A stretch of 64,000 nt of DNA from contig OZ316896.1 in the NCBI GenBank assembly GCA_973895155.1, forward strand, positions 18,836,754 to 18,900,753, written 5' to 3'. Source of the stretch: Marsupella aquatica. Taxonomy: Eukaryota; Plantae; Marchantiophyta. Within the stretch, counting starts at the first letter, position 1. Every line of letters begins with the position of its first letter. A program made the translations under genes and the position numbers. The notes under the pieces are model-generated. The model made no database searches. It worked only from the letters and a program-made list of their open reading frames with translations, and had not been told where the DNA came from. This document shows positions 1-13,423 of the stretch, one piece after another.

Positions 1-923
1 TGCATTTGTACTTTCTCCGACTCGGACTGTAAAATTGATTCATAAGAATGCAGTCTCTGACGGACAGTTCTGGGTGGGACAGATATGTCTCTGGCTATTG
101 CTGTTGTCTCATTCTCCCATATATTTCCTCCGATGGTACCATTCGATTTCGAATCCTTCCATTTGCTCTCTGACGAAGGATCATGGCAGAGACTGTTTAT
201 TCTGTGCTTTGTATTTGTTCCCATTGCTCGCTTGCGCCTGTGAAAGTCGCAACTTTTGTGTTCTCCTTCATTGGGAGCAGCCGGTGAGAACCACCTGCTT
301 TTCAAGGGTGAACAATAGAGAGTACAATGTGGCTCGTGTATATCACTTCTAATGCATTGCCTCGAAAACGTAAGAAACCCCCTTTGACTCCCACTATAGG
401 AGGCTGATAACATTCAAATCAGCTTTTGGGCACGTTGATGTGGGAGAGGTGAAAGTTTGGTCCTCAGGGTATGAATTGTATCCATTGCTGTCCAAGATGT
501 AAAATCTTTGTGCTAGCATCAATGACATTGGACGTTGAGTTGAAGTGTAACGGACCGGCTATCTTATCATTTTCCCCACCCTTGTTGCACAGGTCTACGA
601 ACTCGTGCCCTTCCCTCTCAACCCAAGTAAAAAGCCATGGGGCAACATGGTAAATTCTAAATCTCAGCTGTAATTTTTGGGTCGGAAAAAGTTTGTGTTG
701 AAATGACGAACAGTTCTCCGTTTTGAACATCAGAAATTGGTCGGCTTGCAGCATACATTGTATTTGGCCAAATAGGTTCTTAGACCCGTCCTCAATGAGG
801 ATATGCATGGGATTAGAGAGTTGGTGTTTTGATTTACTGCATTATACTTTTTACCAGATAATCAAACATGTACGTAGTTGACAGTCTCTCATCCCCTGGT
901 ACAGCGATTTTCTTGGTATCCAG

Positions 924-3795
924 GGATTTCGCAAGTTTTGATAAGGTTGTCTTTTGCTTGCCAGCGCCGAAAGAGGTTGCTCGCACTGGCAGTTACCCAT
1001 GCTCCAACGCTGGAGAGGGTCCATCTATACGGGTCAGTCTTTTGTCCTTGTTTCGTCCCGCGAGGTAGAGAGTTTCCAGTCACGGATTTTAGCATTTGTC
1101 GTACGGAAGTAGAACGAACTTACATGTTTTTCCTTGGTTTCCTCCTTGGACTGTCTGTAATGCTGCGTTGGTTTTCACCGTGGATGTTTGCAGTTTAAAG
1201 CAGGTTAAAAGCAAGGAAGTCATTGCCCTTTGTCAGTCTCTGCCAAAGCTACAAGACCTTTCAATTATTTCATGTCCTGATTTTGAGACGACAGATCTGG
1301 AATTAGTTTCGAACCAACTGCCATTGCAGCTAATTAGCCTCGATATTCACATGGCTAGTCTGCTTGCTTTCCCGTGCAAAGCTAATGATAAGATCTTAGC
1401 AAGTATACATCAAAGATGCCCACTTCTGCAAAAGCTGGACCTTGATATGAGCAATGAAATCACCCGGGAAGGCCTAGATGGTTTATTGCAAACATGCCAG
1501 TCGCTGACATCTCTTGATCTGCAGAGCGACTTACTTGGCTGGCCTGAGGTTGTCCAAGTCTTTAAGTGTTGTAAATCTCTTCGCCACTTCTCCTTAGTTT
1601 CACCCCTTCTGATACCGAGTTCAGGCTCAAGTGATGACGATGAGAGCATGGATGGGTCCTCTGAGATTTATAGCAGAGGGAGAGCCTCAAAATATTGGTC
1701 GAGGAATGCGTCATATTTATCACCGGCGATCTCTCTTGGTGACGAGATGCCAAAACATTTGACATCAATTCGACTTTATTCAACTCCACGTCGTTCAGTT
1801 CCACCTGAGTTGCCTCCAATGTTTGAAATGCTTCGATCCAATGGACATCAGCTCCAGCAATTACATGCCCAAGGGTTGTTCAACACCAGTTGGCAGATGA
1901 TCTCAGTTTGGTGTGCCAATCTGAAGTTAGTGGACTTGACACATTACAGCCAAACCTCTCTCATCCTTACAGGGGTTGGTATCTGTCCCTCTCTTGAGTG
2001 TTTAATCCTCAACTTATTAATTTTTTGTCAGCGAATACTTTGAGAATGCCCTCTATCTGCCTATTTTCTGACCATCATCATTGATATAACTGACATTTTT
2101 GAGTTCCAATACAGACCTATAAGTTTTCGTGAGTATTGTATATTTCGTTGAGAAAAGTGAGTAGGTGATGTTAACTACGGTTTTTTATATCAATTTCGGC
2201 GGTTTTACAATGCAGATAGAAGAGGTGGTTCTCTGTGGACTGATAAAAGTGTTGAAAAAATTGGAGCATATTGCGCTCCCGTCTGCAACAGACCGTTTTC
2301 TGATTGAGCTTGGCCGATATGGTTCCAATCTCAAAGAAATTCGCTTCTTGGTATGTGCAAGATTATTCCCCTACTTACCTACGGACTAATTGCTGCTCTG
2401 ATATATAGTCGTCTCAGGACAGCATCTATAGCCCCTTCGTCTAATACTTGTGCCATCAAATTTGTCATTTGAAGTGTATACACTAGTGCACTGGGAGCGA
2501 GCTCATGTTTCTATGCTGTTTGGTTGGGATACCAGGACAATTATTCAAGAAACACAGCTGTGACGGATACGGGAGTAGTTGCGGTTGCTGAAGGCTGCCC
2601 TGAATTGAGGGTGTTGTCTCTGTCAGGCTGTCCCAATTTGACAATTTCGTCAGCGCGGTATACTTCCTGACTGGTTATGACCGTCTTACCACCTAAAGCC
2701 CATGTATTACAGTAAACCTCTCTTAAGGGATTGTATGAGGACCCTAAAGGCAATGGATTTAGGGAATAATACATTTCTCGAAACTTAAACCAAATCTTCT
2801 TAAAACACCGAAGGAAATAATTAATAGTATTTTTCGTCCTTATGTGTTGGACTTTCGTGAGCTTTTCGTATCTCTGGATTCTTCATAAAGAATGGTGCTT
2901 TGAACTTTATAAGCTCGCTAGATTATGTTGTCTACGGTGAATTTGGTAGTGAAATTGTGGCAATTGATAACTCAGAGTTCCCTCTTGTATCGCCGCTGCT
3001 TTTTAAAAGCTAGATCGGCGATTGTCATGTACATCTTTTACCAAAGTTTTCTCGAGTTCTGTTCATAGTTCTGAAGGTTCTTCATAAAGAATGGTGCTTT
3101 GGACTTTATAAGTTCGCTAGATTATGTTGTCTACGGTGAATTTCGTATTGAAAGTGTGGCAATGGGTAGATCAGAGTTCCCTCTTGTATCGCCTCTGCTT
3201 TTTAAAAGCTAGGTTGGCGATTGTCATCTAGATCTTCGGCCAAAGTTTTCTCGAGTTCTGTTCATAGTTCAGAAGATATCGTTGATGGCGAAGTGACTGT
3301 GGCATGTGGTTGAATCTTGCAGAGCTCTTGCTTTCCACTGCAGGCAACTGGAGGTTTTGGTGTTGACTAGATGTGAGAAATTCACAGATGCTGCTGTTGT
3401 AGCGCTGTTACCGCGCCTCAACGGCTCTCTTGTTTTTCTTGATCTTATCGGTTGCCAAATTACACCACTTACGTTGGAAGCAATTCTGCAATATGCTAAG
3501 GTGACAAATCTTCAATGCCTTAAACCTTTGTGAGGTTGTTACCTGGTTTTGATAAATGTCCTTGGTGCTTATCACCTTGTTTGACTGTTGATGTTGCTTG
3601 TAATCTAATAAGTTTCGAATGACAAATGTCGTGCACCAGGTGACAAGCCTACGTGTTGTTGCAATTACAAAGTCCCTATGGCAGAGGTCGCAGTCAGTGA
3701 TTGCTGATATTCATGGCTGTAATCCAAGGCTGAGAATCAGGAACGAAAGTGGCATTGTTTGGGATGGATTTTATCATAGGACAGCATTGTCCTAG
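924..3795 (+). CDS. Cysteine-containing LRR protein (FBXL/AMN1-like), spliced; 5' end unresolved
   Basis: GT-AG exons join in frame: 924-1032, 1194-1974, 2216-2350, 2536-2657, 3323-3500, 3640-3795 (TAG). LRR-CC motifs include CPLLQKLDLDMSNEIT, VTDTGVVAVAEGCPELRVLSLSGCPNLT and CRQLEVLVLTRCEKFTD. Further upstream exons probably lie in 1-870 but I could not phase them, and no F-box motif was seen. Confidence 0.8.
2878..3270. repeat. ~199-bp tandem duplication inside an intron
   Basis: TTCATAAAGAATGGTGCTTTG...CTCGAGTTCTGTTCATAGTTC occurs twice (~2880 and ~3080) with few substitutions. Confidence 0.9.
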
Positions 3796-4527
3796 CCCAT
3801 CAATTTTACTCGTTGGTCTTGCCCTCTACAAGACTAAAGCTGCAGACTTCGTCTAAAACATTATGGATTACAGTTGAGATTATCGTTCTCTCGTTTGACA
3901 CCTATGGCTGCAACTAATCGCTGTGCGAAGGACCCTCTCAAACTAGCAGTACAGAGGACTAGAAAATGAGGAATGGTGCACCCACTTACAACTTGGGTCT
4001 GCTGCCCAATGCTCAACTTTGGGAAGGTTAAAGCCAGTTATTTAGCGATTTTGAATGCTGTAGTTGTTGATCATGAGTTTTAAAATACAAACAGAACGAC
4101 TATTCAGTGGAATGTGGTAGAGTACGAAGGCGTAGATAGTGCACATGGTACGATTCATAAGATGTGCGTAAGGGATAATGTTAGTGACCCAGATTGGGTT
4201 GCGTTATTGGAAAGGTCTGGAAGGGAATATCGTGAGCAATCCGAATTCTTGAGCAACTGAGGATCCTGGGAATTGTTGGGGTAGCCTTCAGGGTGTGAAA
4301 TAAATGGGTGGCAAATTTCTGAAAACATTCAGGTAGAACACTGGAAAATGACGGCATACAGTTAGCATGTCCCAAAGTCTGATGGATTAGGCAGTGATGT
4401 AAAGGCAAGTTACATTCCAAGCCTTTCAATAGTACGAATTTTAACAATCAGCCTGGTATGTTATTGTTTTATTAGGTCTAAGCTTAGATGATCAGGGGAA
4501 ATCCGTATCAAGCAGGGTAGAATGTCG

Positions 4528-4655
4528 TAACAGTTAACTAAAAAGGCCGGTAACTAGTGGATGATGAATATCATAACAGCTAACCAAAAAGGCCAGTAAC
4601 AAGTGGACGATGAATATCATAACAGCTAACCAAGAATACGGGTACTAGTGGATAT
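4528..4655. repeat. ~46-bp tandem repeat, ~2.7 copies
   Basis: Unit AACAGCTAACCAAAAAGGCCAGTAACAAGTGGACGATGAATATCAT is repeated. Confidence 0.8.
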
Positions 4656-6322
4656 GTCTTGCAACGATATTAACTGTGGCCGGGCACCCTGGCCCTTTTG
4701 CATCATGTCACAACACCAGGAAGAAGATACCCGAACACTTTCAATTGGCAAAAGTTATAGACCACCTTTCAAACTGTCAACGATTTTCGCTCTAATAAAC
4801 GCTTTCTTTTTTGTCTGGAAGTGAGGAAGAACACTTACTAAACTCTAGACTGAAGTGAGGAAGAACACTTTCCATAGGCAAAAGTTACAGACGACCTCTG
4901 CAATACTTTTCAATCCTATTCGTAACCTTCCATGGGCCAAAGTAATAGACTACCCCACGACCAAGTAAACACACTCACTTGTAATGATAACCCGTAAATT
5001 TTATGATTTCACTCAGTACACTACTAGACTCACACGTTCAGTTTCAACGGTAACCATAAATCGGACAGCACTGGTATAAGGACAGCAGTGAATTGTGAAG
5101 TGCCATGAACACTTCTCACTCGAATCGGAACTCTTAGATCTAAGAGAAACTGTAAAAGATCACATGTGGACATCCTTAGTGGGTTGTGACGTGCTTATGA
5201 TTAATGCGCCCTATTAGACAAGGAGTTGTTCACAATAGTATGGGGTCGACAGTTCAGTTGCCTCCTCTAACAGTTGTCATTAAAAAATCTTCCTACCTTG
5301 GAGTCCACTGACAATCCAAAAAAGAGTAAACTTTCAGACGTCCTAGCAAACACAACGCAATTTCAAATCAAACTTACAGAAATCGTCTACCACCGTCACT
5401 TTGTAACATATCATATGTCGTCAAGAGGTGCCTCAGTATTGGGATGTTCCTCTCCCACCATCAAATTAACCCCACGATACTTGGATAAGTCTCCCAACTT
5501 CGGCCATCCAACATACAGTACGGTAAAGTGGGCAACAGTCATGGGCTACATTTTAGGCTGGGTCCAGACCCTGGAACGTGGTAGCCAAGCTCAAGGCAAA
5601 GTGGGAGCCTTTTGCACCTGCTCAGATGGCAATCGTCGGCACCTGATCTACTCATCAATACGCGCCTTGGCCCAAAACATTGGGTTCCCACGAGGAGCTG
5701 AACCTTCACAATTGCAACACATTCGACAAGCAAAGAGAACCAATGATAAAATGTGGAAGCAGAATGCTTCCAGTATAATGGCTTGAAAGGGCAAAACTTG
5801 CCCAGAAATCTTACAAGAAGAAGGGACAGCTACAGCTTGATAATGGACCACAATGCCGGCCAATAAATGTTAGTTTCTAGCACTCTGAAGCAAGAACTCT
5901 AAAGGGTCGTATTCTATTGATTACATTGACTGATGTCGTCAGCTTCTCTCATCCACTTGCATCCTTTCATGCCTGCGGAATCATTACAACCAAGGAACAT
6001 CGTGAATCAAGAACACGAACATGAACCTCACAGAAGATAGACTCATCTGGGCAAAAACGACCAGAATTAGATCCACTCAATGCAAGAATAGAAAGAAAAC
6101 ACCCGTCTAAGCTAAGAATGAAAGCGCCAGCTAGTGAACGAACGTTTGACACGGTTGAATTACAGGACATACCTTAACCATCGTCGTTCTCGCTAATTTT
6201 GGGCGATGGAGCATGCTCATCAAATGGCAAGCTAAAAAATAATCCTATCCGTAGAAAGCCGCTGAAAGAGTGCCATCCACGGGTACTCTTAAGCAGGATG
6301 AGAATTGTGATGAAAACAGTCA

Positions 6323-8830
6323 TTAATGGTCCCTCAATCTTCTTACAAGGGCGTCGAGTGATTTTTTCCTTCCAGCTTGTCTTGCGTTCCGACTGGACAA
6401 AAATCTCTCCGTCGGATCCCTGAATTTCTCGGCAATTAACATGACCTTATTGGAATCGAGTGAGCTGTAATTCTTCTCTCTAATAATGGGATTCAAAAAT
6501 AGCTCTGGGTTGCTTGACAAGAACAGATTGACCAGCTGTCGGGCTTCCAGCAGGTACTGTCTGAAAGGAGTCGCATCATGTACTTCAATTAGACCACTGC
6601 TTTGGAACCTCTCGTCTGCAAATGACTCTAAGAGCTTTAAATCGACATCAATTCCCATAACAGCGTTGATGGTAAATTTCTTAACTTCTTCACTGAGGAA
6701 AGCGCCCACAATCCTGTCAGAAATGTGTAACAACATGCCACTGACCACCGTGTTAAATGCATCCAAGGGAAGAATTTCCTGTGCCGTCTCTGCTAGAGTT
6801 TCCAGGTAGATAGTCATTTCACTCAAGTATTCGTTGCAACTGTGCGGTGGATCTTCGGCGGCCCAATTGATATTACTTGTGAGGTACATAAACTCGTCAA
6901 TCTTTGATTTAACGAGTTTTAGCATTTGCTCATGTGCCACTGCCTGTGACTGCCTCAACACTCCCCTTGCAGCCAACGAACCATGGGGACCATTTACAAG
7001 CCGCATGGGAATGCCACAAAGCTTTCCAGCATGTTCAGCAAAATAACTACAAGCGCGTTCAAGAACCGTCATGTTGGCTGCAATTTGCATGGCGTGTGAA
7101 ACACCCAGGTTAGGGTTCCGAATGAGCCTCAGCAACGCCTCATTCAAGACAGTAATGATGAACTTGTCGACATATTTTTTGACCAGGTCATAGAAGTCCA
7201 TTTGAACTCCGTAAGAGAGAAAGCTCACCGCGTCGTATATGAAAGCTCTCACTGTTCTACAGCAGTCAGGGACGGTGGATGAAAAGGGTGCAACGTAAGG
7301 AAAGGCAGGCATGACATCTGAGGTTTGCAAATTAAAGGCCAGAACGTGCATACTGTACTCGTGCTCCTTTCTCATCACCATCTGTTCATACTTGTCATTC
7401 GCCAGGAATTCATTCACTTGCGCTCGGCAATCATTCAAGAGCAGCTCAATGTACTTCTCTCTCGTGGTATCTAACACTTCTAACAAAGGACCCACGTGGT
7501 AATTGTATCTTCTCAGGGTAGCACCTAGCAGAGTCACGTAATCCTTCACCAAGAGGAGATGATTGGCAGTTCTCATGCGAGAGAACTGATCCTCCATGAC
7601 AATGTTCAGCCTGCTGATGGCTGTCTCCCAAAGATCCTCCACTTTGGCACTGGTCATCAGTCCCCCGGCTGACCTGAGCACTCGATCTTCCACAATGAAA
7701 AACCCAGCCACCTGGGCAAAGAATGTACGATGGGACTCCAAGAAAGTCTGAGAGGAAGTGAGCTGAAGATCAGAGCTCAGCTGCAGCTGCCGATTTTTGA
7801 AATAATACTCCTTGAACTGGTCATCAAGGCCTAGACAGCTATTTATGTGGAACGCTCTGTAGACAGGAGTCAAGTCAAACTGCAACGCTGCATCGCCCTC
7901 ATCAGCATCCTCCATTTGCAGCATATAAACCAACTCTCTAGATCCCGACCGGCTCTGCTCTTCAGCCTGCCTCTGTCTCTCCCGGAGTTCCTCCTCTACT
8001 TGCCGAGCAGACCCAGCGTGCCCAATGGCCAGCTGCCCTATTTCTCTGGATTTCGTCCGGATTTGCACCAACCACTCATTAAACTCGGCATTCACTTTGC
8101 GCTCTATGTGAGCTCTGCAGACAGGGATCTCCTTCTCCAGCAGCAGGCGGAAGGCCTTGGCCGGTATCTTGGGGAGAAAATCCCTCTCGATGGAATCCAA
8201 CCGCTTGAGGGCAGGATAATAATTGTCTCTCAAAATGTCATCATTCACCTTCATGCAAAGGTTGACCACAGTCGAGCACGTCTTCAGCGACACAATGGCA
8301 TGCACCAGATTCTGCTTGGTCCCATGCGTATCGATCAGCGCATCCAGTTTACCTAGGAAGGAGCTTCCAACGTCCTGCAATTTGTGGTTCTCGGTAGCCA
8401 GCCCTGACTTAAGGTCATGCGCGTCATCGAGCACGAACCTGAGGTCATCCACGGCCCGAATGAACTCCTCGTAATGCGCCTTGCAGAGGTCCTCGATCTC
8501 CGTCTCCTTCCTCTTCACGAAGTTCTTCAGCTGGTGGACTAGGGATTCCGGCTTTCCGCTCTCGAACGCCGCGCGTATGAAAGGGCCCAAGTCCTCTCCG
8601 TTGCCGATCGCCGACGCCAACGCCGAGTCATCTATTCCCGACATCCCTATCGATGTTGGTGGTCCTCCTCCTCCTCCACCTCCTGCCGTCGTTCCCATCA
8701 TCGCTCCAGCTGCACTCACCGTATCAGCGGCCTTGCTCTGACTCTTATTACTTTTGCTATAACTATATGTATGGCTGCTGCTGCTGCTGATGTGGTTGAG
8801 GTTTCCTCCTGCGACGGGGTGGTGCAGCAT
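6323..8830 (-). CDS. SEC15: Exocyst complex component SEC15, intronless, 835 aa
   Basis: Single long ORF with plant SEC15 motifs GEDLGPFIRAAFESGKPE, EIEDLCKAHYEEFIRAVDDLR, FDLTPVYRAFHI, FFAQVAGFFIVEDRV and PAFPYVAPFSSTVPDCCR. Confidence 0.95.
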   Translation of the reverse strand: MLHHPVAGGNLNHISSSSSHTYSYSKSNKSQSKAADTVSAAGAMMGTTAGGGGGGGPPTSIGMSGIDDSALASAIGNGEDLGPFIRAAFESGKPESLVHQLKNFVKRKETEIEDLCKAHYEEFIRAVDDLRFVLDDAHDLKSGLATENHKLQDVGSSFLGKLDALIDTHGTKQNLVHAIVSLKTCSTVVNLCMKVNDDILRDNYYPALKRLDSIERDFLPKIPAKAFRLLLEKEIPVCRAHIERKVNAEFNEWLVQIRTKSREIGQLAIGHAGSARQVEEELRERQRQAEEQSRSGSRELVYMLQMEDADEGDAALQFDLTPVYRAFHINSCLGLDDQFKEYYFKNRQLQLSSDLQLTSSQTFLESHRTFFAQVAGFFIVEDRVLRSAGGLMTSAKVEDLWETAISRLNIVMEDQFSRMRTANHLLLVKDYVTLLGATLRRYNYHVGPLLEVLDTTREKYIELLLNDCRAQVNEFLANDKYEQMVMRKEHEYSMHVLAFNLQTSDVMPAFPYVAPFSSTVPDCCRTVRAFIYDAVSFLSYGVQMDFYDLVKKYVDKFIITVLNEALLRLIRNPNLGVSHAMQIAANMTVLERACSYFAEHAGKLCGIPMRLVNGPHGSLAARGVLRQSQAVAHEQMLKLVKSKIDEFMYLTSNINWAAEDPPHSCNEYLSEMTIYLETLAETAQEILPLDAFNTVVSGMLLHISDRIVGAFLSEEVKKFTINAVMGIDVDLKLLESFADERFQSSGLIEVHDATPFRQYLLEARQLVNLFLSSNPELFLNPIIREKNYSSLDSNKVMLIAEKFRDPTERFLSSRNARQAGRKKSLDALVRRLRDH

Positions 8831-11800
8831 CGCCGCAAGCCAAGGCCGCTCTCAATTGAAGCGCCACTGTTGCTACTGCTGCTGTTTCCTCCGGCTGAGG
8901 CAGATGACTACCACGCATCCATCGATCTCTTCGCAACAGAACCAAAATCCTTCCCGATCGGATCCAGCGCGATGAGCCCCTCAAACCGGCTGCCTAGTGG
9001 CAATCCCGAGCAACAAGCATCGGTATTGTTGCAGAGTGCACGGGATGGAGATGGCAGCGGAAGCATGGAGTTTGTGAGAACAGCAGAACAGCAGAGAGAA
9101 AAAGAAGAAAAGCAGAGAGAAAGGGAGAACAGCAGAGAGGAAGGGAAGAAGTCAGAAGAGGAAAGGAGAGGGGCGACTTCTTTGCCGGATGTTGAGGAAG
9201 AGAGGGAAGAAGGGAATGGCAGGCACATTGGCAATTCGGCAAGGTCAAGTGAGAGAGGACCCGAAATCATGACAGTGCAGCAATGAAGGTGTTGGAGATG
9301 ACCGTGTGCATGACAGAGGGATTGTAGAGTAGGTGGTGGGTGCCCAACAAGACGAGAATGGAAAGGGGTATCTGAGATTTTGTACTTTGCCATTTGCCAT
9401 TCTTTATGAGAGTCTCGTGCTTTTGGGCTCTTTGGTCTTGTGTGTTTAGCTTTTGTTTTCTCCCCTTTGTTTTTTGCTCTTCTGCCTTTGGGTTGTTTTG
9501 TTTTCTTCCCTTTTATGGCTTTGGGTTGTTTTTTCCCTTTAGTTCTTGGTCTATTTTCTCCCCTTCATTGGGTTGCTTCGCCTTTGGGATCACGTCTCCA
9601 GGTTGGGCATTTTTTGCCTTTGGGCAGTTTGATATTATAAACTTTAGTGGGTCTTCTACATGGTGGTAGTTTCATCCACTTTATTTGGTCTCTTTTGGGA
9701 TCCTGTCTCCAGGTTTGACTCATGTTGTTTTTTGGTAGTGTGCTGTATATATCTTTTTTTAATCTAAATACATGTTTTGGCAAGTTGTAATTTTAAATAT
9801 TACATTTCCACAATTAACAACAGTTAGCTTGAAATAATTTACCATCAACATCTGGTCAGGTTAGGTTCACATTTGGACAGGTTCACATTTGGACGGTCAT
9901 CCATGTCCTCACGGTTTCCAATCGTTGACATTGGGCTGGGTCTCTTAATTTTTAAGGGATAGAAAGTTCCCTAAAGCAAAGCACGCCATTTATCCCATGG
10001 AAGCTTCAAATTGCCAAGGATTTCTAATATCTTATAGTTCTACTCTAATTTTGTACAGGGATCAAAATCAATGCAAGCTTCAAATTTTGTCCACTCTAAA
10101 TCACATAATCATGTGAATGACGTTTGTCCGTTCCCACTACAGCTGTATAATGTCAGGGTTTACAAACCATAACAAACCAAAGATAACCTCAGTGAGTTCA
10201 ACCATATTTGGCTTTGCATTGAAGCCAAATGTACAAGCGTCCCTGGCAGCCCTTTTCATTATTGGACTTTCTGACTGCCAATTAGAGATATCCATGTTGG
10301 TTAGTGCCCAGCTTAGCATGGGGTATAACCTGGTCTTTTAAACGTAAACATCCATGATGCACAGCCTTCTCTCTGATTGTTCTACACAAGGTTTAAGTTC
10401 CCATGAGATATCCCACCAAGGTTTTAGACTTGGATGGGATTTGATGGTACCACCAGATGGACCAAATGTTCCAAGAAACTTGGATGAAATGCTTTATTCA
10501 AGTCTACCAATAACCTCTAGGATACCTTTGGAACCATGACATTCAACATTTGCTGGTTGGTTTCCTACACCGTGCAGGATTTAAAATTGTCCACCCTATG
10601 CATCCAACAGTTTCACATCTCCCCATATACCGTGTCTACCCCACGTGTCCCCAATCACAGCCAGCACTCAAAGTCTACCCCCCAAGTTCACAGTCGTTAA
10701 CTCATGAGATATGGGTTAGAGATGTAATCCTTCAAAGTCTGTTCCATAACATTTTGTTCTTTAACACACATGCAGGCTTCGTAGGCTTGGCACCAAAAAC
10801 AAACGTAAATTTTACTCATCCCACAAGAACAATAGTTACAGTCGGATGCTATGAACAGAGCCTATTTGCCCCCTTTCTGCCTTATTGCTCAGGGGATTGA
10901 GATGCCCTAATACCTATTTGTTTCTACTTTTCTTAAAGCACATTTAGACTATCACCTGGCATTGGCCTTACGAGAGTAGATTATTGGTGCCTCGCCCGAT
11001 AGATAACAGCCCAGAGACCCAAGAAGCTACCACAGCCAGCACTCTAAGTTCTTGATGGCTACCCGAGGCCCTTTTATCCTAGATCAGGTGGTAGCCAAGT
11101 TGGTAGGACCACTTGAGCTTCTAAGAATTTCTTTCTTATTTTTCTTAAGAGTACGTCCAGATATCATCTGGCACTGGCAGATGAAAAAGTAGATTATTGG
11201 TGCTTCGATCAGAGAGATGAACAGCTCTGAGACCCAAAAGCTACCAGCTGAGTTAAGGAACCCATCACGAAGGGCCTCTTTGCAAACCATGAGGAGAAAG
11301 AAATGTTGACCAGGGCTTGGGGGTGACTGCTTCCACTGAGTTTTGTGTCTCCTGCACGACTAGAGTCTGGAATTCACCCATCTTCATAAAAATCCCCACT
11401 TGATTTTTGAATGGTCGCTGGTTTTGCAGAAGGGCTTGAGAATATGACGTGATGTGTCTTGTGCATGCAAGCTATTGTAGGACTAACCCATCTTGAGAAC
11501 AAGCCCAGTGTGTTCTCAATTAGACACATTGGCCACTGCAGCTTAGCACTAGTGCTTGAGGCATTCCAGTTCTTGTGCAAATCAGCTGAAGTAGCGGTGA
11601 TTCGAATCATCAATCATCGGTCTCTGTACTTGGTCGATTTCAAGATCGATTGCTCGAACTTAGTCCCTTCATGCTCAGGTGGAAACTAAGAATGGCTCCT
11701 ATCACTTGCTAGTTTACGCCTCAGCCTCAACATATAAACTGGCATTCAACTAGAACTCTCAACAAAAACAGCAGGGACACACCTCATAGCGTGTCAAAGC

Positions 11801-12082
11801 AACGACGTGTCGGAGGCAGGCACCGCTATTGTGTACAAAGATGACGAGACGAAAATTCACTTGACCTCATGTGCAGTTGGGTCCCAAGAGTGCTGAAACA
11901 GATTCATCAATTCAAAGCTCGCGAATAATAAAAATAGTATTTGATCGAAACAGTTCCTTAGTGGAAAACAAGGACTACTGCTAGTCGCAACTTCTTGACT
12001 TCCTTGACCATTCCCGTTTCGGTTAGTCTCTTGTTGCTACTGAACATCAACTTACCCACAGCGAGAAGAAAAACGAAAGGCC

Positions 12083-13423
12083 TCAGTATGGCTGAGCTGG
12101 CTTCCTGAATTTGACGCCAGCATAGACAGCCTTGGCACCCAGCTCTTCCTCTATCCGGAGCAGCTGGTTGTACTTTGCCAACCTCTCTGATCGGCAAGGA
12201 GCACCAGTCTTGATTTGACCTGTGGACAGACCCACAGCGAGATCTGCAATGAAGGTATCCTCGGTCTCACCACTCCGATGGCTTGTCATAACCCCCCATC
12301 CAGCTCTCTTTGACATTGACACAGCTTCTATACTCTCAGTGAGGGAACCAATTTGATTCACTTTCAGTAAGAGGGCATTACAAGCCTTGTCGTTGATAGC
12401 GAACTGCACTCTCTTGGGATTTGTCACCAACAAGTCGTCTCCCACAATCTGCACCTTCTCACCTAGAGTCTTAGTAAATTTGGAATAGTGTTCCCAGTCA
12501 TCCTGATCAAACGGATCCTCAATTGACGCAATTGGATACTCTGCAACGAAAGACTCGTACAATTTGATGAGCTCGTCTCCGGAAACTTTCTGACTGCCAT
12601 CATTGTTGTCCTCCTTGAAATTCAGGTCGTACGTCTTGTCTTTCAAGTTATAGAACTCGGATGCAGCCACATCCATGCCAATCACCACCTTGCCAGTGTA
12701 CCCTGCCTTCTCAATGGCCACCTTCAGGAGCTCCAATCCTTCCTTGTTCTCCTGAATGTTGGGGGCAAACCCACCCTCGTCTCCCACATTGGTCGCATCC
12801 TGCCCATACTTCTTCTTGATGACAGACTTCAGGTTGTGGTACACCTCGCTGCCCATCTTCATGGCTTCCTTGAACGACGAAGCCCCGGTGGGCAGGATCA
12901 TGAATTCCTGCATTGCCAGCTTGTTGCCAGCGTGGGAACCACCGTTGATGACATTCAAGGCTGGCACCGGCAAGATGAGCTCCTTGTTTCCGGCTAGGTT
13001 TGCAATATGCTGGTACAGCGGCAGCTTCAGCACTGCAGCTCCAGCTCGAGCAACAGCCAGGGACACAGCAAGGATGGCGTTGGCTCCGAGCTTCTGCTTG
13101 CACCAGCCCCACTCATTCTGAGTGCCATCCAGCTGCTGGACCATGAGATTGTCGATAGCGGTCTGTTCAGTCGGGTCCTTACCGATGAGAGCAGGCTTGA
13201 TGATGGTCTGGATGTTGCTCACAGCTTTCGTAACCCCCTTGCCCATATAATCCTTGCCTCCATCTCGCAACTCTAAGGCCTCGTAGATTCCTGTTGATGC
13301 CCCGCTGGGCACTGCCGCACGGTGGAAGCTCCCGTCTGAGAGATGCACATCCGCTTCCACTGTGGGGTTTCCTCTACTGTCATAGATTGACCGAGCTACG
13401 ACGTCGGTAATAGTAACCGTCAT
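12083..13423 (-). CDS. ENO: Cytosolic enolase (2-phosphoglycerate dehydratase), 446 aa, no coding introns
   Basis: Motifs [45 protein letters not shown] and [11 protein letters not shown]. It has the plant-type [10 protein letters not shown] insertion and no transit peptide. A probable 5'UTR intron lies at ~13454-13734 (GTAAGT...TAG on the minus strand). Confidence 0.97.
   Translation of the reverse strand: MTVTITDVVARSIYDSRGNPTVEADVHLSDGSFHRAAVPSGASTGIYEALELRDGGKDYMGKGVTKAVSNIQTIIKPALIGKDPTEQTAIDNLMVQQLDGTQNEWGWCKQKLGANAILAVSLAVARAGAAVLKLPLYQHIANLAGNKELILPVPALNVINGGSHAGNKLAMQEFMILPTGASSFKEAMKMGSEVYHNLKSVIKKKYGQDATNVGDEGGFAPNIQENKEGLELLKVAIEKAGYTGKVVIGMDVAASEFYNLKDKTYDLNFKEDNNDGSQKVSGDELIKLYESFVAEYPIASIEDPFDQDDWEHYSKFTKTLGEKVQIVGDDLLVTNPKRVQFAINDKACNALLLKVNQIGSLTESIEAVSMSKRAGWGVMTSHRSGETEDTFIADLAVGLSTGQIKTGAPCRSERLAKYNQLLRIEEELGAKAVYAGVKFRKPAQPY

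Noticed and set aside
5274-5786. 170-aa ORF downstream of SEC15
   Set aside because: Non-ATG start, no recognisable domain or splice support, and it lies antisense in the likely SEC15 3' region.
6486-9393. Antisense and overlapping ORFs around SEC15 (and similarly around enolase, DUF3444 and ELO)
   Set aside because: They are shadow ORFs of real coding strands or GA-rich UTR sequence with no recognisable domains.
9394-9783. Phe-rich ORFs as membrane proteins (also 26122-26412, 58619-59331, 61697-61952)
   Set aside because: They arise from T-rich low-complexity or minisatellite DNA.
10100-10900. Degraded LINE/zf-RVT fragment
   Set aside because: Only a vague resemblance; no motif could be supported by eye.
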